Origin: a virus
Length of the DNA stretch: 64,000 nt
Direction: 5' to 3' (one strand)
IMG/VR virus record: IMGVR_UViG_3300026484_000351
Coordinates: 32,769-96,768 of that record
Shown here: piece by piece, positions 19,637 to 29,025 of the stretch
How the letters are laid out: every line of letters starts with the position of its first letter
Position numbering within the stretch: position 1 is the first letter of the stretch
Position numbers and translations under genes: made by a program
The notes under the pieces: generated by a model
Told to the model about the DNA's origin: nothing
The model's database searches: none
Seen by the model: the letters and a program-made list of their open reading frames with translations, nothing else

Positions 19637-20308
19637 ATGGAAAAAAGAAATGCTAATTCAAAAAAATATAATATATTAAAAAATGGCATAATAATTGAAA
19701 ATAATATTTATGCCAAGGATGTAAGAAAAATATCTCAAGCGTTAATTAAAACATCTAAAGAATTACCATTAGGAAATTCTAAAATTAATCTTATAGCGTT
19801 AGACATTGATGATTGCATTCTTCCTAGTAATCAAAATTATTTTGGGAAAACAACAGACGCTTTAGAAATTTTTGAAATCAATCTTAAAAGACTTGTAATG
19901 ATTTTAGAAAAATACAATTTAAAATTATTTATGACATCTAGTTGGTATCATTTATATGAAATTGAAGCAGTTTCAAAAGGTAATTTAAAACCAAAAGACT
20001 CTACTTTAAAACAATTTCAGTATGATAAAGAAATTAAAAGTGCTCATAATCTAATGGTAAAATATATTGAAAAATATTTTATTGGTATGAGTTCTGGAGA
20101 TAGGAGCCAAGATATTATAAATCTTTTACAAAATGAAAAATATGATAAAATTATTGTTATGGATGATTGGGACTTACAAAAAGAATGTAATTTATCAGAC
20201 AGAGCATTGTATATTCCAATGTACGGTTATATAGATGGAAATGTTGGATTTATGATACACAAACTAATAACAGAAAATAAGAAAGTGGCAAGAAGAAGTT
20301 ATTACTAA
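19637..20308 (+). CDS. HAD-domain protein, N-terminally fused to an endonuclease-like remnant
   Basis: LDIDDCIL, TSSW, VMDD; frame is open back to 19421. Confidence 0.7.
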   Translation: MEKRNANSKKYNILKNGIIIENNIYAKDVRKISQALIKTSKELPLGNSKINLIALDIDDCILPSNQNYFGKTTDALEIFEINLKRLVMILEKYNLKLFMTSSWYHLYEIEAVSKGNLKPKDSTLKQFQYDKEIKSAHNLMVKYIEKYFIGMSSGDRSQDIINLLQNEKYDKIIVMDDWDLQKECNLSDRALYIPMYGYIDGNVGFMIHKLITENKKVARRSYY

Positions 20309-20487
20309 TGAAACAGCGAAATTTTACAAGATAAAGCAGAAGTTTTAATATTTGTTATTGAGGACTATGAGGTTAGTAAATAACCAAGTGAAAATATTAA
20401 ATGCCGGGAGTGAAAGCATTTGTTGAGAATGTTAGAGAAAATGTATTCCCATAACCATCTGTTGTGGAGATGTAAAAAGGAAATATA

Positions 20488-20880
20488 ATGGATTTTTGGT
20501 TAGAAATACTTGGATTAGTAGGATTTGCAATAGGATATAGCGTTCCTTTTACTTGGGCTATAATTGCTTTAGTTTGTTTTATACTTATGTTATTTAGGAT
20601 TAAAGATGAAATGGCAAAAGCAATAATCGCCGAATTAGGCAAGTATTTGTTTATAGGTATAGCACTCGGAAATGGTTGGACTTATTATCAGACAGAACCA
20701 GAATTAGTCTTAACTAATTCTGGTACGGCTCAAGAGCACCCAAAACATTACAAAGTTATTGATGGTGTTGTTTATGTTAAAGCAACAGATATTTCAGAAA
20801 CAGTAGAAATTAAAAAAATAGAAAAGAGCACTTGGGAAAATTTAAAAACTTGGAAACCATTTGCAAAAGAAGGAGAATAA
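20488..20880 (+). CDS. membrane protein
   Basis: Hydrophobic N-terminal helices. Confidence 0.7.
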   Translation: MDFWLEILGLVGFAIGYSVPFTWAIIALVCFILMLFRIKDEMAKAIIAELGKYLFIGIALGNGWTYYQTEPELVLTNSGTAQEHPKHYKVIDGVVYVKATDISETVEIKKIEKSTWENLKTWKPFAKEGE

Positions 20881-21179
20881 GATGGATAAAATCTCAACTA
20901 GAAGAAAGATCTGTACAACTATAATTTTAAAATTAGATAGCAGCGAAATAGGAACTTTGCCAGGTGTAAAAACATTAGATAATTATTACTGCAATTAAGG
21001 ATTGAGTTCAAGGATGTGGTGTTCTCAGACCACGGAAGAATTTGTGAGGTTAAGGATAAAGATTTTAAAGACTAATTTTTATAACAGAAATTCTCACTAA
21101 TTAGCAAAAACGAGCAGTTAAATATAGATAGAACGCTTAATAGGATATTATTTAGAAAAAATTAATTAAGGAAAAAGAA

Positions 21180-21857
21180 ATGAACAAGGATATATTAGAT
21201 AGAATAGATGAAAATACTTGGATAATTTCAGATACGCATATAGGTCACGGTAAAGAGGGAACGGGTATTTTGTCCTTTGAACCTGGTAGATTAACTCAAA
21301 TGAGGGTTGATGGATATAAAGCAAATGAGCATGATAAATGGGTAATTGACAATTGGAATGCTAAAGTAAAGCCAGGAGAAACTGTTCTGCATTTAGGAGA
21401 TTTTAGTTTTAAGGCGGTTGCTGATAACATCCAAAAATTAAATGGAAACATTATCTTAATTCTCGGGAATCACGACGGGAAAGGAACAGAACAAAAATAT
21501 CAAGGAGTTGAAGCAATTAAAGGTTTTTACTTTGAAGATGAAGTAGGGTTATTAAATAAAATTTATAATCCAATTCCGAATGATAGAATGCTATCAGGAT
21601 TAATTAAAGAGATTAATGGCGAAAAATTATTATTTTGTCATTATGAAATTCATACTACTGATCCTTGGGATTATCAAAACAAAAGAATAGCACCGAGAAT
21701 AGAGGTCCTTAAAAATATTTTTGAAAATCATAAATGCAAATATAATATTCATGGACATACACATTCTAGTCCTAGTAGTACTAATTTTTCAAAAAATGTT
21801 TCGTTTGAGCAAATAGGATTTGCTCCAATTAGATTAGGAGAATTACTTAGCAAATAG
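21180..21857 (+). CDS. calcineurin-like metallophosphoesterase
   Basis: SDTH, LGDF, GNHD, CHY, HGHTH. Confidence 0.92.
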   Translation: MNKDILDRIDENTWIISDTHIGHGKEGTGILSFEPGRLTQMRVDGYKANEHDKWVIDNWNAKVKPGETVLHLGDFSFKAVADNIQKLNGNIILILGNHDGKGTEQKYQGVEAIKGFYFEDEVGLLNKIYNPIPNDRMLSGLIKEINGEKLLFCHYEIHTTDPWDYQNKRIAPRIEVLKNIFENHKCKYNIHGHTHSSPSSTNFSKNVSFEQIGFAPIRLGELLSK

Positions 21858-21905
21858 TTAAGTAATTTTTTAGTATAATAATTAATATAATATAAAAGGA
21901 AGAAA

Positions 21906-22412
21906 ATGAAAGACTTATTAACTTTTGAAGTAAAAGAAGTAATGAGAGAAAATGCACATTCTCTAGTGGAAACGTTAATACTGGAGGAAGTACCATTTAG
22001 GATAGTACTTTGGAATAACGACAATTGGGATTCTCCATTACCCAAGAAAATAATGGAAACATTTCCTAAACAATTAGTTTTAGATATTAAAGAAATGGCA
22101 CTAAGAACTTCCTACTTAAATGAATCAACAGGTGAAATAATTCTAAGTACAGCTTTTGAAAGTAGAGAATACAGTAAAATTTTACACTATGATGAAATAA
22201 TTGCTGTTTTAGACCTTAAAGGGCAACCATATCTATTAAACAATTTTCCTCAAGATACTGTTAAAGACATTAAAACCCTTTTTAGAGAACCTGCAAGTAA
22301 AAAAGAATGGATAGAAATAGCAACTAGCGGCGGGATAACTGCAGAAGCTGCAGAGAGAAGTATTAGTGCTTTTATTAAACATAACCCTAATCTTAGCTAT
22401 TTGGACAAATAA
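21906..22412 (+). CDS. hypothetical protein, possible SspB-like fold
   Basis: LP..I...FP..LVL.I ... I.LS..F ... I....I..V.D pattern, weak similarity by eye. Confidence 0.4.
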   Translation: MKDLLTFEVKEVMRENAHSLVETLILEEVPFRIVLWNNDNWDSPLPKKIMETFPKQLVLDIKEMALRTSYLNESTGEIILSTAFESREYSKILHYDEIIAVLDLKGQPYLLNNFPQDTVKDIKTLFREPASKKEWIEIATSGGITAEAAERSISAFIKHNPNLSYLDK

Positions 22413-22626
22413 TAGGAACTTTCGGTTAAGCACCAGATTTAGTTGACATTTTAAATATAGTAAATGAATCAAATTTTACATTAGGTAAAGAACTAGAAAC
22501 TGTTATCCTTTGAAACTACCTAAAATAACAGAACTAAACAAAGAAGAAATATAAGTGTTCTTTTACACTCTTGTAATGTAAAAACTTAAGAAAGTAATCT
22601 TAGTGAAATACTAATTTAATATAATA

Positions 22627-22647
22627 TTAAAGTTAATATGTTATAAT
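22627..22647 (+). promoter_or_regulatory. Early-type promoter
   Basis: TTAAAGTTAATATGTTATAAT. Confidence 0.8.
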
Positions 22648-22766
22648 TATATAAGTAAATAGATTTGATACAAATAATAAGATCGAAACATTTTTCTTAT
22701 GTTTGTTAAAAATCATATTTAGAGCGGTAGTAAGTTACCGATATACAAAGACAATAAAGGAAAAGA

Positions 22767-23651
22767 ATGAAAATTAAATTTTTAGGAAGTGGCTCTGCAT
22801 TTACATTAGCAGAAGAAAATTATCAAAGTAATATTTTAATTAGTAAAAATATTGAGAATTTTAAAGTATCTGAACAATGTATAAATGGTGGGCCGACTAT
22901 TTTAGAAGATAGAAAACAAACAAAAAGACTCCTTTATGATGCAGGGAGCTCAATAGCAGAAGCACTAAATGCTTATGATTTAAAACCCCAGGACTTGGAT
23001 TCAATTTATATTTCTCATTTACACGACGATCATGCTGGTGGTATTGAATATATTGGCTTCAAAACTTATTTCGAAGTACATCAGTTTGGAGAAACAGTAT
23101 TTGGATCTATGAAACCTAAATTAATTGGACATTCTGATATTCTTAGAGAAGGTTGGGACACTTGCTGGAAAGGCGGACTTCAGTCAATTCAAGGTCAAAC
23201 AAATTCTTTAGAAACATATTTTGATACAAATTATATGCCGAATAATGGCACTTTTGATTTTTATGGTGCAACAATGATGCCTATTCAAACAGTGCATGCG
23301 GTTGATAGCCGAAGAATAGTGCCAAGTTATGGTTTAATGTTTATTGAAAATAATACAAAAGTTTTTATCACTGGAGATACACAATTTGCGCTAAATTTAA
23401 TGATTACATATTATATTCAAAGTGATATTATATTCCATGATTGTGAATTAATATTTGAAGAAAAAGATGGATATAAAAATGGAGTTCATGCTCAATATTG
23501 GCAGTTAAATACTCTAAGTAAAGATATTAAGAAAAAGATGTGGTTATACCATTATTCTCTTAATGGTAGAACTTATGAAGAATGCGAGGATAGAGTTATA
23601 ACTGATGGTTTTGCAGGTTTAGTAAAAAGAGGACAGGAGTTTGAAATATAA
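22767..23651 (+). CDS. MBL-fold cyclic nucleotide phosphodiesterase, Apyc1 (anti-Pycsar)-like
   Basis: LGSGSAF, SHLHDDHAGG.E, W....KGG, L..YF, GDTQF, IFHDC, VHA, KMWLYHY. Confidence 0.8.
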   Translation: MKIKFLGSGSAFTLAEENYQSNILISKNIENFKVSEQCINGGPTILEDRKQTKRLLYDAGSSIAEALNAYDLKPQDLDSIYISHLHDDHAGGIEYIGFKTYFEVHQFGETVFGSMKPKLIGHSDILREGWDTCWKGGLQSIQGQTNSLETYFDTNYMPNNGTFDFYGATMMPIQTVHAVDSRRIVPSYGLMFIENNTKVFITGDTQFALNLMITYYIQSDIIFHDCELIFEEKDGYKNGVHAQYWQLNTLSKDIKKKMWLYHYSLNGRTYEECEDRVITDGFAGLVKRGQEFEI

Positions 23652-23743
23652 GATAACTAAAGGAAAAAGTTAAAAAATATTTACAAATAAGTTGATAAAA
23701 ATTATCCAGAAATACTAATATAATCTCACTTTTTAATCTTGTT

Positions 23744-23764
23744 TTAAGATTAATATGTTATAAT
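23744..23764 (+). promoter_or_regulatory. Early-type promoter
   Basis: TTAAGATTAATATGTTATAAT. Confidence 0.85.
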
Positions 23765-23921
23765 ATATTATAACAAAGGATTAAAATGTCAGATTTTATT
23801 ATAGATATAACTAATTATATATCAAGTTTAGAGGATATTAGTTCTGAAAATGCACAAAATATTGTGTTTAATATAAGTGAACCAGAAATAAAAAATATAT
23901 TAAATATAAAGGTTTTAGAAA

Positions 23922-24170
23922 ATGTTTAATAAATCACAAGATAAAAGAAACTTAGTGATTGCATTAGCAAAGTTTAATAGGATGTATGCACAAGTTACAG
24001 TTCAAGAACGAACAACAGATGAGCTTGAAACAGTTGCTAATTATGGCAAAAATATGTTAAAATTATTTTTTGATTTCTTTAAGAATGAAGACGAAATATT
24101 AAGTAAGGTTAAGACTTTACAAAAAGCATTACAAACAAGAAAAAATAAAGGCCAAGAAGGAATTAAATAA
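23922..24170 (+). CDS. hypothetical protein
   Basis: ORF. Confidence 0.65.
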   Translation: MFNKSQDKRNLVIALAKFNRMYAQVTVQERTTDELETVANYGKNMLKLFFDFFKNEDEILSKVKTLQKALQTRKNKGQEGIK

Positions 24171-24355
24171 TGAAAGTAGCAAATACTACAACTTTAGGAA
24201 CGGAAACAAATCCAAATATATCTATGAGTTATGGAGAAATAGCGAAAGAATTAGGTATTACAGTTAAAGAAGTTAAAGACGCAGAAGCAAGTGCTTTTAA
24301 AAAAATAAGACACCCAAAAATTGGGAAAGCTTTTAAACAATACTTAGGTTTATAA
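24170..24355 (+). CDS. stand-alone sigma70 region 4-like protein
   Basis: SYGEIAKELGIT..EV...EASAFKKIRHPKIG resembles the RpoD C-terminal HTH. Confidence 0.75.
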   Translation: MKVANTTTLGTETNPNISMSYGEIAKELGITVKEVKDAEASAFKKIRHPKIGKAFKQYLGL

Positions 24356-24564
24356 ACAGCTGTAAAGGAGAGAAAATGAAAAAAGGCAATATGGTCATTT
24401 ATATAGATATTTCTAATAACACTTTAGAAAATGGAAAAGAATATAAAATTAATAAAGTGCTTAAAGACGGGGCACTTCAAGTTGAAATTGTTACTGGTTT
24501 TGCGGGATTAACTTCTGATAGATTTAAATTAGTAAAATAGTAATTTTATTATTTTAACTTTGTT

Positions 24565-24585
24565 TTAAGATTATTATGTTATAAT
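24565..24585 (+). promoter_or_regulatory. Early-type promoter
   Basis: TTAAGATTATTATGTTATAAT. Confidence 0.85.
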
Positions 24586-24608
24586 TAAGTATACAAAAAG
24601 GATATAAA

Positions 24609-25568
24609 ATGTTTATCAGAACACAATTAATGAACCAATTTAAAAATGAAGTATTTAAAAGAAAATTACAAGGCAAAGTAAATACATTTATTAATATTTC
24701 AGCACAGAACTTAAATGAAACTATATTATATGCAACAAAAAGTCAATTAATTGAATTAGAAAATGATGAAACTCAATTATGTAAATTATTAGAAGATCTA
24801 ATTATTACTTTTAAAAATAGAAAAACATCAGTACAAAATTTTAATAGTAATATGGGTCGAGATTTAAAAAATACTCAGGTTATTGCAGATACAACAGTTC
24901 AGAGAATAATTAAAAATTCAACAGAAGTCACAAAAGAATTAGCAGGTATCCTAAAAACAATTAGTTCAAATTCAGTTATTGTTGGTGGCTGTGTTAGAGA
25001 TGCAATTCTTGGAAGAGAAGCAAAAGATATTGACTTTGCTACAGATGCTCATTATGATAATGTAGAAAAAGCTGTTTCGTCAAATGGTTTTAAAGTAAAA
25101 GAAGCAGGAAAACAATTTTTAGTTATGATTGTTAGCAAAACAAATACAGAAGGCAAAACAGAAGATTTTGAAATTGCAATGTTTCGTAAAGATGGAAATT
25201 ATACAGATGGTCGAAGACCAGACAGTGTTGAAATTGGTACAATCTATGACGATTCTAGGAGAAGGGATTTCACGATCAATTCCCTTTATTTTAACCTTAC
25301 TACTCAAGTAGTACAAGACCCAAACGGAACTGGACTACAAGATTTAAGTGATAAAGTCCTTAGATTTGTTGGAAAAGCAGATGATAGAATCAAAGAAGAT
25401 AAGTTGCGTGTAATGAGGTTTTATAGATTTTTAGGAAGATATAAAGACCTTGAAATGACGGCTGATAACAAAAGTCTTAAAGCATGTAGAGCTAATTTTG
25501 CAGCAATGCAATCAAGTGTAGCACCTGAAAGACTTAAAATGGAAATAGAAAAAATGGTGGGATTTTAA
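24609..25568 (+). CDS. tRNA nucleotidyltransferase (CCA-adding)/poly(A) polymerase family, short C-terminus
   Basis: VGGCVRD, DIDFAT, RRDFTINS, EDKLRVMR, ERL..E..K. Confidence 0.9.
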   Translation: MFIRTQLMNQFKNEVFKRKLQGKVNTFINISAQNLNETILYATKSQLIELENDETQLCKLLEDLIITFKNRKTSVQNFNSNMGRDLKNTQVIADTTVQRIIKNSTEVTKELAGILKTISSNSVIVGGCVRDAILGREAKDIDFATDAHYDNVEKAVSSNGFKVKEAGKQFLVMIVSKTNTEGKTEDFEIAMFRKDGNYTDGRRPDSVEIGTIYDDSRRRDFTINSLYFNLTTQVVQDPNGTGLQDLSDKVLRFVGKADDRIKEDKLRVMRFYRFLGRYKDLEMTADNKSLKACRANFAAMQSSVAPERLKMEIEKMVGF

Positions 25569-25569
25569 A

Positions 25570-26271
25570 ATGAATTTAGATACAGCACAAATGGAAACAA
25601 GAATATTAGTAAAAATACTTACTACCCCAACAAGTGATTATAATAGTGTTAAAATTATTAAAGATGAAATTTTAGGATTATATGTTTACGGTTCAAAATT
25701 ATGGGGAACTAATAATGAAAATTCCGACTCAGATTATGCAGTTGTTTTAAGTGATACAGCATCTGTTTGGAAATTTTATGAAAAACAATATGTTCAAAGT
25801 GAATCTGAGGATGTTGATATTCATATTATGTCCGAAAGTTATTATAAAAATTTGGTTATAGAATGTGATGAATTTGGTTTAAGTTTATTTGTACAAGAAT
25901 ATCCTTTAATTAAATATGAAACTGATATTGAATACAAAGATCTAAGTTTGCAGAATCTTAGAAAATCATTTAGTTCAAAAGCAAATAATAGTTATGTAAA
26001 GGCAAAGAAGAAACTGATAGACGGCGAAATAAATATTGCTTATAAAAGTATGTATCACAGCCTAAGAATTTTAGATTTAGGAAAAGATATTGCTACTGCA
26101 ATAAAAGAAGAAGGAAAGATATATGATTTAACAAGTTATGGTGAAAATATCGAATACATAGCAGACTTATTCGAACAGCAATATGAAAATTGGGATTATA
26201 TTCACAAGATATGCAAACCTTTATTTAATGCTTATGCAACAGAGTTTAGAAAAATGGCTCCAAAAGCTTAG
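25570..26271 (+). CDS. Pol-beta superfamily nucleotidyltransferase
   Basis: YGS.LWG.....SDSD motif. Confidence 0.8.
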   Translation: MNLDTAQMETRILVKILTTPTSDYNSVKIIKDEILGLYVYGSKLWGTNNENSDSDYAVVLSDTASVWKFYEKQYVQSESEDVDIHIMSESYYKNLVIECDEFGLSLFVQEYPLIKYETDIEYKDLSLQNLRKSFSSKANNSYVKAKKKLIDGEINIAYKSMYHSLRILDLGKDIATAIKEEGKIYDLTSYGENIEYIADLFEQQYENWDYIHKICKPLFNAYATEFRKMAPKA

Positions 26272-26281
26272 GGAGGATAGA

Positions 26282-27004
26282 ATGAAAGAAATATTTAATG
26301 TTATAATGGGCTTTTTTTACATTATAGGCGATTTACTTAAGCAATTAGTCTTAATTATTGTCGGTTCAGTGACAATGTTTTTCACAGAGAATAGAAAAAA
26401 TAATGCGTTTTTACGAATGTTGGGACAGAATTGTTTTCTGAATTTATTCGTAACAGGTTTTATATTATTTTGGCTAATAGGGCATATATCTGTAATAGCG
26501 GGGTTAGTGGCAGTTATCCTTTGGTTCTTTATATTTACAGAAATAAGAAAATATTTATATTTTAAGTATGTTAATGAGAATGAATATACTGACGAATATG
26601 ATATATTGGGTCGTTTTTCCTTAGGTGTAACATTATTTTTAACAATACTCGTAAGTAATATTAACAGTGCCTATAAATACCAAGAAGTTGGTAGTTACGC
26701 ATTCAAGAAATCAGATTTTGTTGGAAAGAAAACAGAACAATTTACTGTAGAAGAAGAAAGTGGTGAGAGTGTTAAAAAAAGTAGAACTGTTCCTTATTAT
26801 TATATAAAGAATACAATGGTATTAGACGGACAAGAGAAAAAGGTATATGTCAAAGGTTGTAAGGATGCAGGCAAATATAAAATACTTGAAGAAACGCTAC
26901 CAGTAACTTATATACCAGGTGTTAAGTATGCATATACAAGTTTTTATGCTGAATGTTCATCTATGTATCAAAAATATAAAAATATTGAAAAGAAGATTAA
27001 ATAA
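26282..27004 (+). CDS. membrane protein
   Basis: Several TM segments; start moved to ATG behind GGAGG. Confidence 0.7.
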   Translation: MKEIFNVIMGFFYIIGDLLKQLVLIIVGSVTMFFTENRKNNAFLRMLGQNCFLNLFVTGFILFWLIGHISVIAGLVAVILWFFIFTEIRKYLYFKYVNENEYTDEYDILGRFSLGVTLFLTILVSNINSAYKYQEVGSYAFKKSDFVGKKTEQFTVEEESGESVKKSRTVPYYYIKNTMVLDGQEKKVYVKGCKDAGKYKILEETLPVTYIPGVKYAYTSFYAECSSMYQKYKNIEKKIK

Positions 27005-27588
27005 TGAAAGCGTTTTTAGGATTATTTTTAGTAGTATTTGATTTATTAAAAGGATTGGGGATACCAAATTTAGGAAAGAAAATTAAACATTTTTTTCTTG
27101 TTCAATCCTGGTGGAGATTGTTAATTATATTAATATCTGCAGGTTGCATAGGGTTTGGTTATAATATATTTGGTGCAGGTATTTTAATTGGTGTTACTAT
27201 TTGGTATTTAACAGAAAAACAAGAACAATATGCCAAAAAAAGAGGTAATTGGAATACTGTAGAAAGAAATGACCATTTTATTATTCCCAGTATTTTATCA
27301 TTAGTTACTATGATAATCATACAAAGTGTTTTGGTTTATAAAGCGGTTCCTAAATATGAGGTTATTAAAAATATTACTTTAAATGAAAAAACAGTAACAG
27401 AAAAATCTTATGTTTATTTAAATGTAAAAGGCACATCTGTAAAATTAGACACCGGAAGTAAATGTAAATGGGGTCAGTCAACTGAACTTTATAAGGAAAC
27501 AAAAGATGTTTTTTGGTTTAACCCAAATATTATAGGCAAATATTATTTAAATTGCAATAGACCAATGAAAAAATATACAAAGATTTAG
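27004..27588 (+). CDS. membrane protein
   Basis: TM segments plus C-terminal Cys-containing domain; layout similar to the upstream gene and to 30871-31392. Confidence 0.7.
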   Translation: MKAFLGLFLVVFDLLKGLGIPNLGKKIKHFFLVQSWWRLLIILISAGCIGFGYNIFGAGILIGVTIWYLTEKQEQYAKKRGNWNTVERNDHFIIPSILSLVTMIIIQSVLVYKAVPKYEVIKNITLNEKTVTEKSYVYLNVKGTSVKLDTGSKCKWGQSTELYKETKDVFWFNPNIIGKYYLNCNRPMKKYTKI

Positions 27589-27590
27589 AA

Positions 27591-27803
27591 ATGATATATA
27601 AAGTTAGAAAATTTGATACAGATGAATTGCTTCTTGAATTTCTTGAGAAAAACATAGGAAAAATAGATATTATTTCAACTCATAATACACCTTTTCAAGA
27701 AGACAGAAGATTTGGTGGTAGTTACCGAGACATATACACCGAGAGTGTAAGAGTTTCGGTGATATATAAAGAAATTTCAGAAATTAAAAGAAAGGAAATA
27801 TAA
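27591..27803 (+). CDS. hypothetical protein
   Basis: ORF in operon. Confidence 0.65.
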   Translation: MIYKVRKFDTDELLLEFLEKNIGKIDIISTHNTPFQEDRRFGGSYRDIYTESVRVSVIYKEISEIKRKEI

Positions 27804-28165
27804 TGCAAGAGTTTGGATTTAGCACAATTGAGGCTTTTCCAGAGCCAAAAGCTAAACTAACAAAAAGGACTATTATTGGATATTCTTCGCCAAAAATGTT
27901 TTATACACCAGATGAAATAGAGCAGGACATCCCAGTTATTAAATTAGCATTTACGAATAACAATGTTATAAAACTGTTTTTAAGGGAGTTTTATAAACCA
28001 ACTGATATTCAAATTATACAATACTTGTTGACTTATAAAAAAGTTATCTTAACAAACTGTGAATATGAGTTTGTGTATGTACAAGAAGGCCAAGAGGAAT
28101 TATTCCTGGAAATGTATATGGGAATAAAACACGAAGAAAAACAAAAATTTAAAAAATATATTTAA
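27803..28165 (+). CDS. hypothetical protein ending KFKKYI
   Basis: ORF in operon. Confidence 0.7.
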   Translation: MQEFGFSTIEAFPEPKAKLTKRTIIGYSSPKMFYTPDEIEQDIPVIKLAFTNNNVIKLFLREFYKPTDIQIIQYLLTYKKVILTNCEYEFVYVQEGQEELFLEMYMGIKHEEKQKFKKYI

Positions 28166-28174
28166 GGAAAAGAA

Positions 28175-28429
28175 ATGACAGCAGAAAATTTTACATATTG
28201 GTTACAAGGGTTTATGGAAGTACAAAATCCAGAAAATCTTAATAAAACGCAAGTTCAGATTATCAAAGACCATTTGGCTTTAGTTATGACTAAAGTTACA
28301 CCAGATAGATATAAGTCAGAAGAAAATGACAATGTAGATGAAATAGGGGAAGAAGCAGGTCAGTATGCAGAAGATTCTTCACTTCAACCTGACATTATTC
28401 CTGATTGTTTTCCGGATACAATTTGCTAA
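28175..28429 (+). CDS. hypothetical phage protein
   Basis: ORF with RBS; F.YWLQGF.E start. Confidence 0.7.
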   Translation: MTAENFTYWLQGFMEVQNPENLNKTQVQIIKDHLALVMTKVTPDRYKSEENDNVDEIGEEAGQYAEDSSLQPDIIPDCFPDTIC

Positions 28430-28528
28430 GCACGAGGTAAAAACAACAAATGGGAGAGGTGCAGTTTCAGGAATTGCTTAAGAAAAAAACATAATAAAGT
28501 AAGATTAAATAATACAAAGGATTAAAAA

Positions 28529-29014
28529 ATGACAGAGTCAAGCAGAATAGTAGATTGGAATGAAAAAAGAGGGTTAATCAAAACACCAGAAGATATGGTA
28601 ATTGAAAACGAAATGAGTTACGTTGTTGAGGAAGTTATAGAGTCTATGACAGCAATGACATCTAAAGAAGCAAGACCATTTGCAAGAGCAATCTGTTTAG
28701 CAATTAGAAATGGTAATATAAAAATATTAGGGCACTTAATTGATGAAAATGAACTAACAGTTTCTCAAGATGGGAGTGATGAAGTTATTGAACCTACAGG
28801 AGAACAAATTGCTGATGCTTGTGGAGATATTAAAGTATTCGCAACTGGTACAATTAGAAAAGCGGGCTATAACCCAGACATTGTAATGGATGAAGTACAA
28901 AGAGAAATAGATTCAAGAATAGGCAGAATCGAAGATGGTAAATTTATAAAAGACTCTTCACCTGAAGCACAAGCAAATTGGTATAAAGCTGATTTTACAA
29001 AAGCAAAAATATAA
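28529..29014 (+). CDS. MazG-like NTP pyrophosphohydrolase
   Basis: EEVIE and IADACGDI acidic motifs, W...RG start. Confidence 0.7.
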   Translation: MTESSRIVDWNEKRGLIKTPEDMVIENEMSYVVEEVIESMTAMTSKEARPFARAICLAIRNGNIKILGHLIDENELTVSQDGSDEVIEPTGEQIADACGDIKVFATGTIRKAGYNPDIVMDEVQREIDSRIGRIEDGKFIKDSSPEAQANWYKADFTKAKI

Positions 29015-29025
29015 GGATTGTTTAA

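Noticed and set aside
28175-28429. C-terminus FPDTIC as a PE-tag member
   Set aside because: Asp instead of Glu, terminal Cys and no preceding amphipathic helix; not counted.
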